Shown here: piece after piece, positions 31,750 to 42,064 of the stretch
Layout of the letters: every line of letters starts with the position of its first letter
Position numbering within the stretch: the first letter of the stretch is position 1
From: Candidatus Woesebacteria bacterium GW2011_GWF1_31_35
GTDB taxonomy: Bacteria; Patescibacteriota; Microgenomatia; UBA8517
NCBI GenBank assembly: GCA_001029755.1
Contig: CP011214.1
Span: 1,754 to 65,753, forward strand
Reading direction: 5' to 3'
Length of the DNA stretch: 64,000 nt
The notes under the pieces: generated by a model
The model's database searches: none
Seen by the model: only the letters and a program-made list of their open reading frames with translations
Told to the model about the DNA's origin: nothing
Made by a program: the position numbers and the translations under genes

Positions 31750-33253
31750 TTGTAATCTCAAATAACATTAATGATTGATATGATCCATCTGGTCTAATTG
31801 CTTTTGGGTAAGCTGTAATAAGTTTTAAATTTAGATCTTTGTAATTTGCATTCATCCGTTCATTATTGGCAACTAAATAAGTTAAGTTACCAAATTTTCT
31901 AGATTCAATTAGTTGTGTTGGTACTTTATTTAACTCTAATCCAATACCTATGACCAAAACATTAGGATTTTTCTCAAAATTAATTTGCAATCCATCAGGT
32001 AATGTTCCAAAGTACCCTTCAGTTCCTACAACTATCTTACTACCAGGGTTATTAACTACCTCATCTTTTAAATATTTTGTAATTTCAGAAATTCCTTGTC
32101 CAGCAGTCCATCCTTCTAGATATTCTGCTCTCTCACCTCTAGGTAAATTTGCTTTTTCGGGGCTTACAAATAGCTTAAAATCAAACCAAATGCTATGAAA
32201 GGTAAAAATAACAAAAAGTAAAATCGCTAATTTACTTAATATTTTATCTTTGTTTAAAAATAATGATGAAACCAAAATTATAAAATATGGTAGGGTAAAA
32301 TAAACATATCTTGCAGTCATTGTCTTACTAAACTCGGCTGAAACAAATATTGGAAATAGCATCCAAATAGATAATATAAGTGCCTCTTTTTTGTATTTTT
32401 TCCAATTTGTAAAGTAACTTAATAACCAAGTGACAAAAATTGCCCATCCTCCATAAATAACGTAAAACTGTCTGATTCTATCTAAAAATGGTTTTAATGG
32501 ATCAAAAAATGAAGTTAAAATATGACTTACTGGATAAACATAATCCAAGTTCCTAATTGCTATCATTTGAAAGTTAGGACCAAGGCGAAGTATATTGTAA
32601 ATTCCAAAACCTATTAAATAAGTTGGAATTAAAAGTAAAATAAGTTTTACTAATTCTTTTTTAGATTTTGCAAAAATTAAACCTAATGGGACCATTAAAG
32701 AAAAGTAAAGAGCGGGAGATTTGGTGAGCCATGCTCCCCCAAGGAAAAAGCCTGTAATCATAGCAAGGTCTAATCTTTTAAATTTAACAGTTAATATTGA
32801 GAAAAATAATATCCAAACTCCAAAGAAAGATAGCATAGAATCAGCAAGAGCTATCCGATCATAAAATACACTGAAAGGAAAAATTGCATAAATAAAAGAA
32901 GAAATTAAAGAAACTTTAAATGATTTAAATAATAGATGTGATAATGCAAATATTCCAACTAATGTTCCAATTCCAAAAAAAACTGACACTATTCTTCCTG
33001 CAATTAAAGGGTTTGAAAATACTTTCAAAAAAGGAATCATAATCCACATAAATAAAGGTTGTTTTCCATCAGACAGTGGTAAGAATCTTAAAGTAGATTC
33101 TGATCTCATTACTTGTGCCCACCTAATATAAATTGCCTCATCGCAAAAAATAGGTAAACTAGTTAAATTGTAAATTCTGATTCCAAACCCAACCGCAATA
33201 ATTACCAAGAGTCCCAATATCACCCATCTCCATTCTTTAAATATTTTCTTCAT
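31727..33253 (-). CDS. ArnT/PMT-like GT-C glycosyltransferase
   Basis: FCDEAIYIRWAQ, DGKQPLFMW, YDRIALAD, LTKSP. Confidence 0.85.
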   Translation of the reverse strand: MKKIFKEWRWVILGLLVIIAVGFGIRIYNLTSLPIFCDEAIYIRWAQVMRSESTLRFLPLSDGKQPLFMWIMIPFLKVFSNPLIAGRIVSVFFGIGTLVGIFALSHLLFKSFKVSLISSFIYAIFPFSVFYDRIALADSMLSFFGVWILFFSILTVKFKRLDLAMITGFFLGGAWLTKSPALYFSLMVPLGLIFAKSKKELVKLILLLIPTYLIGFGIYNILRLGPNFQMIAIRNLDYVYPVSHILTSFFDPLKPFLDRIRQFYVIYGGWAIFVTWLLSYFTNWKKYKKEALILSIWMLFPIFVSAEFSKTMTARYVYFTLPYFIILVSSLFLNKDKILSKLAILLFVIFTFHSIWFDFKLFVSPEKANLPRGERAEYLEGWTAGQGISEITKYLKDEVVNNPGSKIVVGTEGYFGTLPDGLQINFEKNPNVLVIGIGLELNKVPTQLIESRKFGNLTYLVANNERMNANYKDLNLKLITAYPKAIRPDGSYQSLMLFEITNETISKL

Positions 33254-34077
33254 TTAAGTAGTTTATCTTTTTTTTCTTCAAAACGATATTTACTAATAAC
33301 TTTCCTTCTTGTTTTTCCTTCAATCTGTCTTCTCGCACTTCCAGCAATCCCCCCGCCTTCTCTTGCTACAATCCTATTTTGACTAAAATTTTGCGGTTTT
33401 TTACTTTCTGATATCTCAGTTGTTGCTGTTTCTGCTAACATATTTAAAACTAATTCTAAATTGGTCATATTATCTCTCAAATTCTCTTTCTTTAAACTTT
33501 TATATTTTTTATAATCCTTCGTTCGAAGTCCGGCCCAAGCAAATGTAATATCATCAGTTAATATTGCATATTCGTTTGAATTTTTAACACCTCGTTCATC
33601 CCATTCATTAGTCAAGTCTTTCCTAATTTCAATACTTTTAAGTCTTAAATCAACCCATGACTTTGTATAACCTTTTTTAAGATATGTAGCTAGAGCTCTT
33701 TGAATTGCTTTTTCTGGATCTTCTGTTTCTTCAATTCTTTCATAACCAACTCTTGCAAGCCACAATTTGAAAGGCTCTGCACTTGGAGAAGGAATTGATT
33801 GAATTAATCTTAGAATTATTTCAGTGTCTGCAACATCAGTAACACGCATTTTTCCATCAGACGCTATCATTTTCAAACCGTTACATTTTGTAACGGTTTC
33901 ATTGGACCCTTCGTTAAGCAATCTTTTTTTTAAAACTCTCCAATAAACTTGAGGATTTGAACTTGAAGTTAGAGCTAAAACAACATCTACAACAGAAAAA
34001 TACCATTTTTCTTTCTTCTCATTCCAATGTCTACGAATTTTATTTTGTTTAAATAAAACGACCTTATTTTTTTTCAT
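33250..34077 (-). CDS. Bro-N domain DNA-binding protein (phage antirepressor-like family)
   Basis: IRRHW...WYFSVVDVV, YWRVLKKRL, ASDGKMR.TD, LIQSIPSPSAEPFKLWLA, LRDNMTNLELVLNMLAE. Confidence 0.8.
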   Translation of the reverse strand: MKKNKVVLFKQNKIRRHWNEKKEKWYFSVVDVVLALTSSSNPQVYWRVLKKRLLNEGSNETVTKCNGLKMIASDGKMRVTDVADTEIILRLIQSIPSPSAEPFKLWLARVGYERIEETEDPEKAIQRALATYLKKGYTKSWVDLRLKSIEIRKDLTNEWDERGVKNSNEYAILTDDITFAWAGLRTKDYKKYKSLKKENLRDNMTNLELVLNMLAETATTEISESKKPQNFSQNRIVAREGGGIAGSARRQIEGKTRRKVISKYRFEEKKDKLLK

Positions 34078-35396
34078 CTTTTGTTTAATATCAGAATTTT
34101 ATCTCTATCTTTTGCAATTAAAGTATATTCCTTTGCATTGATTTTTTCCTCAGTTAGTCTCCAATCTCTGGTAATTAATAAAAATTCTTTTTGGCTATTA
34201 AAGGTCATCCTGATACCATCTCTACCCATAATTCTTTCTACTCTATCTTTTCCACTATAAAAAATTGCTTCTGGAACTGCATCATCATCAAGATATAAAG
34301 GCAAATTATATTCTTTTGATTTTGTAGAAAGTATATTTATATCTGAAATATATGCAGGTACATTAATTATTTCATACCAATTTCTTTTAATTTGATTCCA
34401 TGAAATTAACATAAACAAAATAAACATAAGAATATATTTGTATTTTTTTACAGTTAATTCGATTAAACCAAAAAAAACTAAAATCCAAAATGGATGTAGA
34501 GGTATTAAATGCCATATATGACCCTTATTAGAAAATGCGAAAGGCAACAAAAAAGTAATAATAAAAACAATTATTGGGAAATATTTTTTTCTAAAGAGTA
34601 AAAGACCAAAACCAAATGACAATATTCCCCACCAAAACCAATTTCCAATACCATTGTGTAAATATATTTTTGTTAACAAAATATTCTGCCAAATATTTGT
34701 ACCACTTTTATTACCCGGATACCCAATTGCAAAATATCTGCTAATCAAATCTGGGTTATTAAAATAATTAACAACAAACCAAGGCAAAACTATTATTAAA
34801 AATAATAAAAATGGAAAAAATAAATTCTTTAAAGTCACTTTCTTCCAAAGTATAATTATTAATGCTGGAATAATTGTAAATGGAACTAAAGTCTTAGTTA
34901 AGAAAAGAAACCCCAAGCTAACTGATAAAGGAATTAAATATGTAAAGTTTTTACTAGCTTTAATGCATAAATAAAATGAAAGAACAAATAAAAAGGTTAG
35001 TGGTACATCTAAGTTTCCCGATCTTGCTCTAAACAAAAACCAAGGAGAAGTAGCTAAGGAAATTGCAGCAAAAAAACCAGCCGATTTACCAAAGATCTCT
35101 CTTCCCAAAAGATAAAGAACAATTATCGTTAGAAAACCTAAAATTGCAGAGGGAAACCTTACTGAAAAATCACTTATTCCAAATATTTTATAAGCGATAT
35201 CTTGTAGCCAAAAACCAAACGGTGGATGGTCATAAAAAGCTCTTCCATTAAAACTTAAATTTAGTAAATCACCTTTTAAATAGATGTTTCTTGCAATAAC
35301 TCCATACCATGCTTCATCCCACGAAGAAAGAGATACAGCACTTAATTTATAAAAAAATACTGGTAGTAAAAAAAATAAAGAAAATAAGAGTATCAC
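34074..35396 (-). CDS. ArnT-like GT83 glycosyltransferase
   Basis: WDEAWYGVIAR, DHPPFGFW, VRFPSA, FLTK. Confidence 0.85.
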   Translation of the reverse strand: MILLFSLFFLLPVFFYKLSAVSLSSWDEAWYGVIARNIYLKGDLLNLSFNGRAFYDHPPFGFWLQDIAYKIFGISDFSVRFPSAILGFLTIIVLYLLGREIFGKSAGFFAAISLATSPWFLFRARSGNLDVPLTFLFVLSFYLCIKASKNFTYLIPLSVSLGFLFLTKTLVPFTIIPALIIILWKKVTLKNLFFPFLLFLIIVLPWFVVNYFNNPDLISRYFAIGYPGNKSGTNIWQNILLTKIYLHNGIGNWFWWGILSFGFGLLLFRKKYFPIIVFIITFLLPFAFSNKGHIWHLIPLHPFWILVFFGLIELTVKKYKYILMFILFMLISWNQIKRNWYEIINVPAYISDINILSTKSKEYNLPLYLDDDAVPEAIFYSGKDRVERIMGRDGIRMTFNSQKEFLLITRDWRLTEEKINAKEYTLIAKDRDKILILNKR

Positions 35397-36148
35397 TTTA
35401 TTTGATATTTTCCTGAAACCGCATTTAATTTTACTTTTAATAAATCTCTAAATCCTTCATATGAATCTTTAATTGGATTTACTTTTGTTCCCTCTTTATG
35501 ATGCCAATCAACAGGAACATCGCAAATTTTATATCCCAACTTATTGGCTACATATAAAATTTCCAAATCAAATCCAGCAGACACTGAAGCTCCTTGCATT
35601 TTTCCATTTTCTTTAAAAACTTTTAATCTTTTAAATATTTCTCTACTAGCTTCATTTTTAAAAGCTTTAAAACCACATTGTGTATCTTTGTATGGAAGTT
35701 GTAAAAATAAATATCTTAACAAAGAAAAACCATAAGCCATGATTTTTCTTACAATTGGAGCTCCCTCTCTTCCACTTCTAGAACCAATTACTACCTCGTA
35801 TCCTTCTTTAACTTTATTAATTACTTTTTCTACTTGATCAATCGGAGTTGCTTGATCCATATCAGTAAAAAGAACTATTTCTCCTTCTGCTTTAAGCATT
35901 CCTGTAATTACTGTTCTCCCTTTTCCTCTATGGGGTTCTTTTAGTACTTTAAACCCTACATGTTTTCTTGAAAACTCTTCTGCTATTTTCACTGTTTCAT
36001 CCATTGATCCGTCATCAACAACTATTACCTCCCAAGTATATTCTTGGCTTGATAAATAATCATGAACACTATCCAATACTCCTGTACGAAGATTGTATTC
36101 TTCGTTGTATGAAGGTATGACTACACTTAAATATGGTCTATTATTCAT
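35393..36148 (-). CDS. Polyprenyl/dolichyl-phosphate beta-glucosyltransferase (ALG5-like GT2)
   Basis: LSVVIPSYNEE, VDDGS.D, GKG, FTDMDQATP, DTQCGFKAF, FDLEIL, VPVDW.H. Confidence 0.8.
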   Translation of the reverse strand: MNNRPYLSVVIPSYNEEYNLRTGVLDSVHDYLSSQEYTWEVIVVDDGSMDETVKIAEEFSRKHVGFKVLKEPHRGKGRTVITGMLKAEGEIVLFTDMDQATPIDQVEKVINKVKEGYEVVIGSRSGREGAPIVRKIMAYGFSLLRYLFLQLPYKDTQCGFKAFKNEASREIFKRLKVFKENGKMQGASVSAGFDLEILYVANKLGYKICDVPVDWHHKEGTKVNPIKDSYEGFRDLLKVKLNAVSGKYQIK

Positions 36149-37629
36149 ATTCTAATTCTTCTTTGGACTATTATTCCTCCAAACTTAATTTCTTTTTCCA
36201 CCTTACCAATTCCTTTTTGCCTTGCTAGCCAAGCTTCAAGCCTATCAGGGTGTGGCGGATCCACCTCATATAAAGTATAGAGTAAATCAAACTTTTCTGT
36301 AAATTTAAGATTATCATTATTTCTAATATTTTTTTCCCATAAAAATAAGTAGTCATATGAGTAAGGAATTACAGGTGGAACATAGACATCAACATTAAAA
36401 TTATTACCAATTGAATCTTCATAAATCCAATTTATTGCTTCTAGCTGATTTTGAATAAATATTTCGTTAGAGTTATTAACGTTGGTTGTTAGTTTAATTT
36501 TTATTTGAATTAAATTTAATAAAATTAATAAGATGAACATTAAAACAATTCTTTTTGGACTAATTTTAAAAAAATAGGAAATTCCCCAAGAAAAAAATAG
36601 TACGAAAATTAAAAAATATCCTGTTAAATAATAATTATATAAATTTCCATAATTTCCTCTATATAATAAGTAACCTATTAATGGAATCCCTAAAAAAATT
36701 GCAAAAAGTTTACTAATTTCATTATTCTTTTTCAATTTTAATATTCCAAATAATGAAATAGTTAAAAATATACTAGCTATTAATATATTATTGTTAAATA
36801 TTAATGAACTTATAATATCCCATATTCTTTTTATTCTAGTTTGTAAAAATTGTAAGAAGTTAATTTCTATTTGACTATCCTTATGATTAGTAATTTGAAG
36901 CAAAATATTATTAAATAAAATATTTTCGTGTCTAAAATTAAAAATTACTTGTGGAAGAAAAGTTGTAATTAATAAACTTAATGATAAAACTGCAGTTAAT
37001 TTATTTAATTTTTTCTTTTGCCAAAAGCTAAAAATTAAAAGTATAGGTAAATAAAATATTGCACTAGCAAGTTCAAAGTGAAATGAAATCCCAACTAATA
37101 AAAACATTAATATCCAAAATATTGGTTTATTATCTTTTTCTTTTATAATTTTAATCATTAAATAGAAAATTAAAATTGATGTTAAATAAATCGGAGTAGG
37201 GTTTGATAACCACCTACTAGATAAAATTAAATAATTTGAAAATGATCCAATTAAAAGTGCTATAAAACCAACCACCTTTCCACCTATCTCTTCCCCTGAC
37301 TTATAAAGAAAAAATAAAGAAATTGTCACCAAAGATGATAGAAATATTGATGGAATTGCCGGATTTCCGTTGCCAATAAAATAAAATGGGGCAATTAAAT
37401 AATAATAAAATGGACCTAGAAATACTCCTTCAAGTCCAGTAACAGGTCCTATTAGAAAAAATTTATGGTTTTTTATTAATTCCCAAATAATTAACGCGTC
37501 TCTTCCTTGATCATAATGAAAATCCAACAAGTCTCCTATTCTATAAATTCTTAAGATAAATGCAAAGAGCAAAATTATTAGAATTAATAAATTCCACGGA
37601 GTAAATTGTTTTCTAAGATTTTTTAGCAT
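36145..37629 (-). CDS. ArnT/PMT-like GT-C glycosyltransferase
   Basis: HYDQGRD, LIGP.TG...FLGPFYYYLIAPF, SRWLSNP. Confidence 0.8.
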   Translation of the reverse strand: MLKNLRKQFTPWNLLILIILLFAFILRIYRIGDLLDFHYDQGRDALIIWELIKNHKFFLIGPVTGLEGVFLGPFYYYLIAPFYFIGNGNPAIPSIFLSSLVTISLFFLYKSGEEIGGKVVGFIALLIGSFSNYLILSSRWLSNPTPIYLTSILIFYLMIKIIKEKDNKPIFWILMFLLVGISFHFELASAIFYLPILLIFSFWQKKKLNKLTAVLSLSLLITTFLPQVIFNFRHENILFNNILLQITNHKDSQIEINFLQFLQTRIKRIWDIISSLIFNNNILIASIFLTISLFGILKLKKNNEISKLFAIFLGIPLIGYLLYRGNYGNLYNYYLTGYFLIFVLFFSWGISYFFKISPKRIVLMFILLILLNLIQIKIKLTTNVNNSNEIFIQNQLEAINWIYEDSIGNNFNVDVYVPPVIPYSYDYLFLWEKNIRNNDNLKFTEKFDLLYTLYEVDPPHPDRLEAWLARQKGIGKVEKEIKFGGIIVQRRIRI

Positions 37630-38608
37630 ACTTTCTCACAACATCCAATACTTTTTCTGAAGCTTTTTCAAAAGACAATCCTTCTATTTTTGCAGCTGAT
37701 GCAATTTTATGACCTCCTCCACCAAGTTCTTTAGTAATAGCTGATGTATCAAAATCTGTTCGTCCTCTAAAACTAATTGTCATATATTTAGGTCGTTCTT
37801 CTACTCCTATAAATCCAAAATCTGTTCCTTTAACAATCGGAGCAAAAAGACTTGAAGATTTAGCCTTTACATCTTCTAAATCTCCACCTGTTTTATAGAC
37901 TTCATAAGGCACAAAAGACCAAACAAATCTTCTTTCTTTATCTATTTCCATTCTGGAAAGTACTTTTGAATAAAATTTCAAAATATCAAAATTTTCACTT
38001 CGATAAATTTTATTTACTACCATATTCTTATCAGCTCCAAGCTCCATAAGTTTAGAAACTATTAATAAAGTCTTAGAAGTAACGTTTGGATAAGCTAATG
38101 CGCCAGTATCTCCAATAATTGATGTCAATAAACATTCAGCAATTTTTTTGTCTAGTAATATTCCCCAATCTTTATATATATCAAAAAGAATTTCTCCTAC
38201 TGACGTAGCTTTACTATCTAAAAGTTTTATATCTCCAGTTAAAGTACTTATAAAATGATGGTCTATTACTATTGTGAAAATATCAGCTTTAAAAAAAATA
38301 TCTTTATCAATTAAGAGTGATAGATTCGGGGTATCTAAAGTAATAAATAATTCATATTCAGAAAAATCAAATTTTTCAAAATCAATTCCGACCTTTATAT
38401 CTTGATAACCTTTTAGATAATCTACTTGTCTAGTTACTTTTTTTGAAGGACAAATTACATCAACCTTTTTTCCCATATCTTCTAAAACCAGTTTCAACGA
38501 AAGAGTACTACCAATCCCATCCGGGTCTGCTCCTCTATGACAATTTAATAAAATTGTATTTGCTTTTTTTATTTTATCTAGAATTAATATTGATTCTTCG
38601 TAGTTCAT
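37613..38608 (-). CDS. nrnA: DHH/DHHA1 phosphoesterase (NrnA bifunctional oligoribonuclease/pAp phosphatase family)
   Basis: H..ADPDGIGS, TLD, IDHH, GDTG, SFRG, GGGGHKIAS. Confidence 0.85.
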   Translation of the reverse strand: MNYEESILILDKIKKANTILLNCHRGADPDGIGSTLSLKLVLEDMGKKVDVICPSKKVTRQVDYLKGYQDIKVGIDFEKFDFSEYELFITLDTPNLSLLIDKDIFFKADIFTIVIDHHFISTLTGDIKLLDSKATSVGEILFDIYKDWGILLDKKIAECLLTSIIGDTGALAYPNVTSKTLLIVSKLMELGADKNMVVNKIYRSENFDILKFYSKVLSRMEIDKERRFVWSFVPYEVYKTGGDLEDVKAKSSSLFAPIVKGTDFGFIGVEERPKYMTISFRGRTDFDTSAITKELGGGGHKIASAAKIEGLSFEKASEKVLDVVRKYAKKS

Positions 38609-38628
38609 AATTTATTTTTTAACTATGC

Positions 38629-40101
38629 TTATTTTGTATGAATTAACTTATATATTATAACTCCATCAACTTCCCACATACTATCAATCTTGCTCCAACC
38701 AAAATTAGCTACTTCTGCTTTTGACGAATGTGTTGGATCGCATTTTTTCTCCTCCATCTCACAAACTACGAAAAGTTGAGCTTTAACACTTTCTGGAATT
38801 TGTGGATCAATCTCAACCATCTTTGAATTTTCTTTTTCTAGAAAATACTGATATCCATCTTCATAATTTCTTTCAGCAACAACCGCGAAATTAAAAGCTT
38901 CTCCTAAAGATTTATTAATAATATCTTTAGAAACATTTTCACTTCTTTGAAGTTGTCTATTAGGACTAAATAGTATTGGACTATTTTTTAAATTAACAAA
39001 GACTAATATTAAAAATATTAAAATTGCTAATATTTTAAATTTAGTTTTATAAACAAATTGCAAAATAAAACCTAATAATATAAATAGTGCCGGAAATATA
39101 AATCCAAAATAATGATCATAAATGTGTTGTTTATATAATGCCAAACCTAAAAGTGCAAAGCCTAACCATATTATTAAAACCAGTAAGGGTTTATTAAATT
39201 GTTTTATTCTTTTTCTGACTGCAATAAACCACGCCAAAGATAAGATGATTAGAGGTGTAATAATTTTGCCAACAAGTAGATTTTTTCCTGTTAGAAGTGA
39301 TGTATTAATATCAACAAATATTGGATATACATTAGGTATAGCCTTCCAGGGTTTTATAGAAACAGTTTCTTGTCTTACTGTCAAAAATTTATAAAAAGCC
39401 TTGGTATTCATCCAATCATGTCTAATATCAAAAATAAAAAGGGGACTCATTAAAAATAAAAATACTGATCCGGCAATTAAAGTGTATTTAACCGGAACTT
39501 TAGAAATTAGCCAAAAAATAAATAGTACTGGAGCAAGAAGTAAACCTAAGTAATGGGATTGTAAAACAAAAGCATATGAAATCACTGTAACTATTAACCA
39601 ATTGTATTTTTTTTCTTTCCATACTTTCCAAATTGAATAAATAGAGAACAGTGCAAAAAAAGGCATAATATTAGGATTCCAGGATGACCTTGAATAAATA
39701 ATTACTACTGGAGAAATTGCATAAAGTATTGAAGAGAAAATTGAAGCAGTCTCTCCAAACCATTCTTTAGATACTTTATAAATTAGAAAAATTGTAATAA
39801 CACCTAAAAATGCAATCTCAACTGCAGGCCCAACTGGAGAAAAATTAAAAAGAAATAAAAAAGGTGCTATAAAATAATAATAAAGTGGGCCTAAGTACAT
39901 ACTTCCAATTGATGTTCCAGGACCTATTAAAATAGGGTCAGCCTTAACTAATAAATTCCTAACAACTATTACATCACGTCCTTCATCTCCTAAAAAGGTC
40001 ATAAACTCATTTATCTTATAAAGCCTTAAAAAGGCACCAACTAATAAAATTAATACCAATATCCAATTATTTTTTAACCAACTAATAATTCTTTTTTTCA
40101 T
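38629..40101 (-). CDS. ArnT/PMT-like GT-C glycosyltransferase
   Basis: LGDEGRD, LIGPGTS...YLGPLYYYFIAPF, SRSSWNP; start at the ATGA overlap. Confidence 0.85.
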   Translation of the reverse strand: MKKRIISWLKNNWILVLILLVGAFLRLYKINEFMTFLGDEGRDVIVVRNLLVKADPILIGPGTSIGSMYLGPLYYYFIAPFLFLFNFSPVGPAVEIAFLGVITIFLIYKVSKEWFGETASIFSSILYAISPVVIIYSRSSWNPNIMPFFALFSIYSIWKVWKEKKYNWLIVTVISYAFVLQSHYLGLLLAPVLFIFWLISKVPVKYTLIAGSVFLFLMSPLFIFDIRHDWMNTKAFYKFLTVRQETVSIKPWKAIPNVYPIFVDINTSLLTGKNLLVGKIITPLIILSLAWFIAVRKRIKQFNKPLLVLIIWLGFALLGLALYKQHIYDHYFGFIFPALFILLGFILQFVYKTKFKILAILIFLILVFVNLKNSPILFSPNRQLQRSENVSKDIINKSLGEAFNFAVVAERNYEDGYQYFLEKENSKMVEIDPQIPESVKAQLFVVCEMEEKKCDPTHSSKAEVANFGWSKIDSMWEVDGVIIYKLIHTK

Positions 40102-40808
40102 CTTAATTTTCTCCAAAGTTTAAATAGATCTAAAAAACTTTTAATTATTACCTTAATATTTCTTCCCGTACCTTTTCCTTTAGTTCTTGGATAATGAGTT
40201 ACTGGAATTTCAATAATCTTGTAATTTGCTCTCTTTACTTTTATTAAAAACTCACTTGAAATAAAAGCTCCTCTTTCTGATTCTAATTTTGGAATTTTAT
40301 CAATTACTGATTTTGAAACTAATTTAAAACCACAATCAATATCATGAACATGAAGTCCAAAAAGAATCATAACAGCAAGTTCCCACATTCTAGAAGTTAT
40401 TATTTTAAACTTAGAAACCTGTCTTTTTTTATAATAACCAATAACTAAATCTGCATTTGTTTCTTTTTGTTTTTCTATAAACTTGGTAATCTCATTAAAA
40501 TCAAACTGTCCATCTGAATCAGTAAAGGCAACCCAAGAATATTTTGCATTATAAAAACCACTTTTAAGGCTCGCTCCATAACCTTTATTTTCATTGTGAG
40601 TTATTACTTTAATTCGAGAGTCCTTTGCTAGATTATTACTAATTTCTCCAGTTCTATCAGAAGATCCATCATTAACTATAATTATTTCCCAATTTTTAGC
40701 CACTTTTTCTAAGATTTTTTTAGTTTTTTCTACAGTTTCTTCAATACTACCTTCTTCATTAAAAGTGGGGAAAAAGACTGATAATTCATCAATTTTATAA
40801 TCATTCAT
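40098..40808 (-). CDS. GT2 polyprenol-phosphate glycosyltransferase (DPM/DPG synthase-like)
   Basis: PTFNEE, VNDGSSD, NKGYG, FTDSDGQF, DIDCGFKL, EIPVTH; start set at ATG 40808. Confidence 0.85.
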   Translation of the reverse strand: MNDYKIDELSVFFPTFNEEGSIEETVEKTKKILEKVAKNWEIIIVNDGSSDRTGEISNNLAKDSRIKVITHNENKGYGASLKSGFYNAKYSWVAFTDSDGQFDFNEITKFIEKQKETNADLVIGYYKKRQVSKFKIITSRMWELAVMILFGLHVHDIDCGFKLVSKSVIDKIPKLESERGAFISSEFLIKVKRANYKIIEIPVTHYPRTKGKGTGRNIKVIIKSFLDLFKLWRKLR

Positions 40809-40817
40809 AGATATCAA

Positions 40818-40851
40818 ATTCTACCACGAAAAGGTAGTTTTGTGATATGAT
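40818..40851. promoter_or_regulatory. Back-to-back extended -10 promoters in a 49-bp divergent gap
   Basis: Minus strand TGgTAGAAT (40826-40818) 9 nt before ATG; plus strand TGaTATGAT (40843-40851) 6 nt before GTG. Confidence 0.6.
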
Positions 40852-40857
40852 TTAAGC

Positions 40858-42018
40858 GTGCAGAAGAAAATTTTAAAGATAACTATTTTAATATTATTAA
40901 CCATAATTCCTACTTTTTTGATCTGGATTCCATTTTTTGCCAGAGTTAAGTCTTTTTGGACTATTCCACTTCCCCAACAAGGAATGGCTACAATTGTCTC
41001 TAACTTTGATGGTCCACTTTATCTTATAATAGCCAAGACTTTTTATAACCCAGATTTAATTGGAGCAAATTATCAATTTCCACTATCAAATGAATACTAT
41101 TCAGCCCATTTTCCACTTTTTCCAATTTTTATTAAAACTTTTGCAATTTTTTTGGGACACCCCTATTCAATGCTTTTTGTAACCTTAATCTCCTCATTTT
41201 TAGCATTGTTTTTCTTCAACAAACATGCAAGAAAATTATTAGATAAAAATAATGCCATGTGGTTAACCTTTATTTTTGCGATTTTTCCTGCAAGATGGTT
41301 AATAGTAAGGTCGGTTGGTTCTCCTGAACCATTTTTCATTGCAGCAATCCTGGCTTCTACATATTTTTTTGGAAAGAAAAAATATATTTGGGCTGGAATT
41401 TGGGGAGCTTTAGCTCAAATGACCAAATCCCCTGGAATACTTTTATTTTTAGCTTACCTTATTCAAATTTCAATCCCGCATTTTAAAGAATTAGCCACAG
41501 GTGGAATAAAAAAATTTATATTAAAGCTGGATCTTAAAAATACCTATCCAATATTTTTTATACCACTAGGCCTTTTGGTTGTGTTTACAATTTATGGATT
41601 TACCTATGGCGATTTTTTCACCTATTTTAAATCAGGGGATAATATTCATCTTTTCTTCCCACCTTTTCAGATTTTTAATTTTTCAGCTCCTTGGGTAGGA
41701 ACTTTTTGGCTTGAAGAAATAATATTTATCTACACGATAGGAGTTTTAGGAGTTTATAAACTTTATCAAGAAAAATTATTTAATTATTTTTACTTTTCAT
41801 TAATATTTTTTATATCTTTACTATTCGTAGCTCACAGAGATTTATTAAGATATGCCCTTCCATTAATCCCTTTTTTAATTTTAGCCTTTAGAGAAACATT
41901 AATTAAAAAGGAATTTAAGATCGCTATGGCTGTTATTATAATTCCAATTTATCTTTATTCACTTGCTTTCATATCCCAAAATGCTATGCCAATTGCAAAT
42001 TGGGCTCCATTCCTATAA
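40858..42018 (+). CDS. GT-C mannosyltransferase-like protein (PIG-V/GT76-like)
   Basis: NFDGPLYLIIAKTFY...AHFPLFP resembles the WD..Y..IA..GY...AFFPLYP motif; E..F; polytopic. Confidence 0.7.
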   Translation: MQKKILKITILILLTIIPTFLIWIPFFARVKSFWTIPLPQQGMATIVSNFDGPLYLIIAKTFYNPDLIGANYQFPLSNEYYSAHFPLFPIFIKTFAIFLGHPYSMLFVTLISSFLALFFFNKHARKLLDKNNAMWLTFIFAIFPARWLIVRSVGSPEPFFIAAILASTYFFGKKKYIWAGIWGALAQMTKSPGILLFLAYLIQISIPHFKELATGGIKKFILKLDLKNTYPIFFIPLGLLVVFTIYGFTYGDFFTYFKSGDNIHLFFPPFQIFNFSAPWVGTFWLEEIIFIYTIGVLGVYKLYQEKLFNYFYFSLIFFISLLFVAHRDLLRYALPLIPFLILAFRETLIKKEFKIAMAVIIIPIYLYSLAFISQNAMPIANWAPFL

Positions 42019-42064
42019 TTCGATAGTGTTTGAGAGGAAAAATACTTTTAAAATATGCTCTTAT

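Noticed and set aside
33250-34077. Bro-N gene as evidence of a prophage
   Set aside because: No integrase, structural or replication genes and no att-like repeats in the window.
41963-42064. N-terminal extension of the 103-aa ORF
   Set aside because: It overlaps the upstream gene; family similarity begins at ATG 42065, which has its own TAAAAT box upstream.
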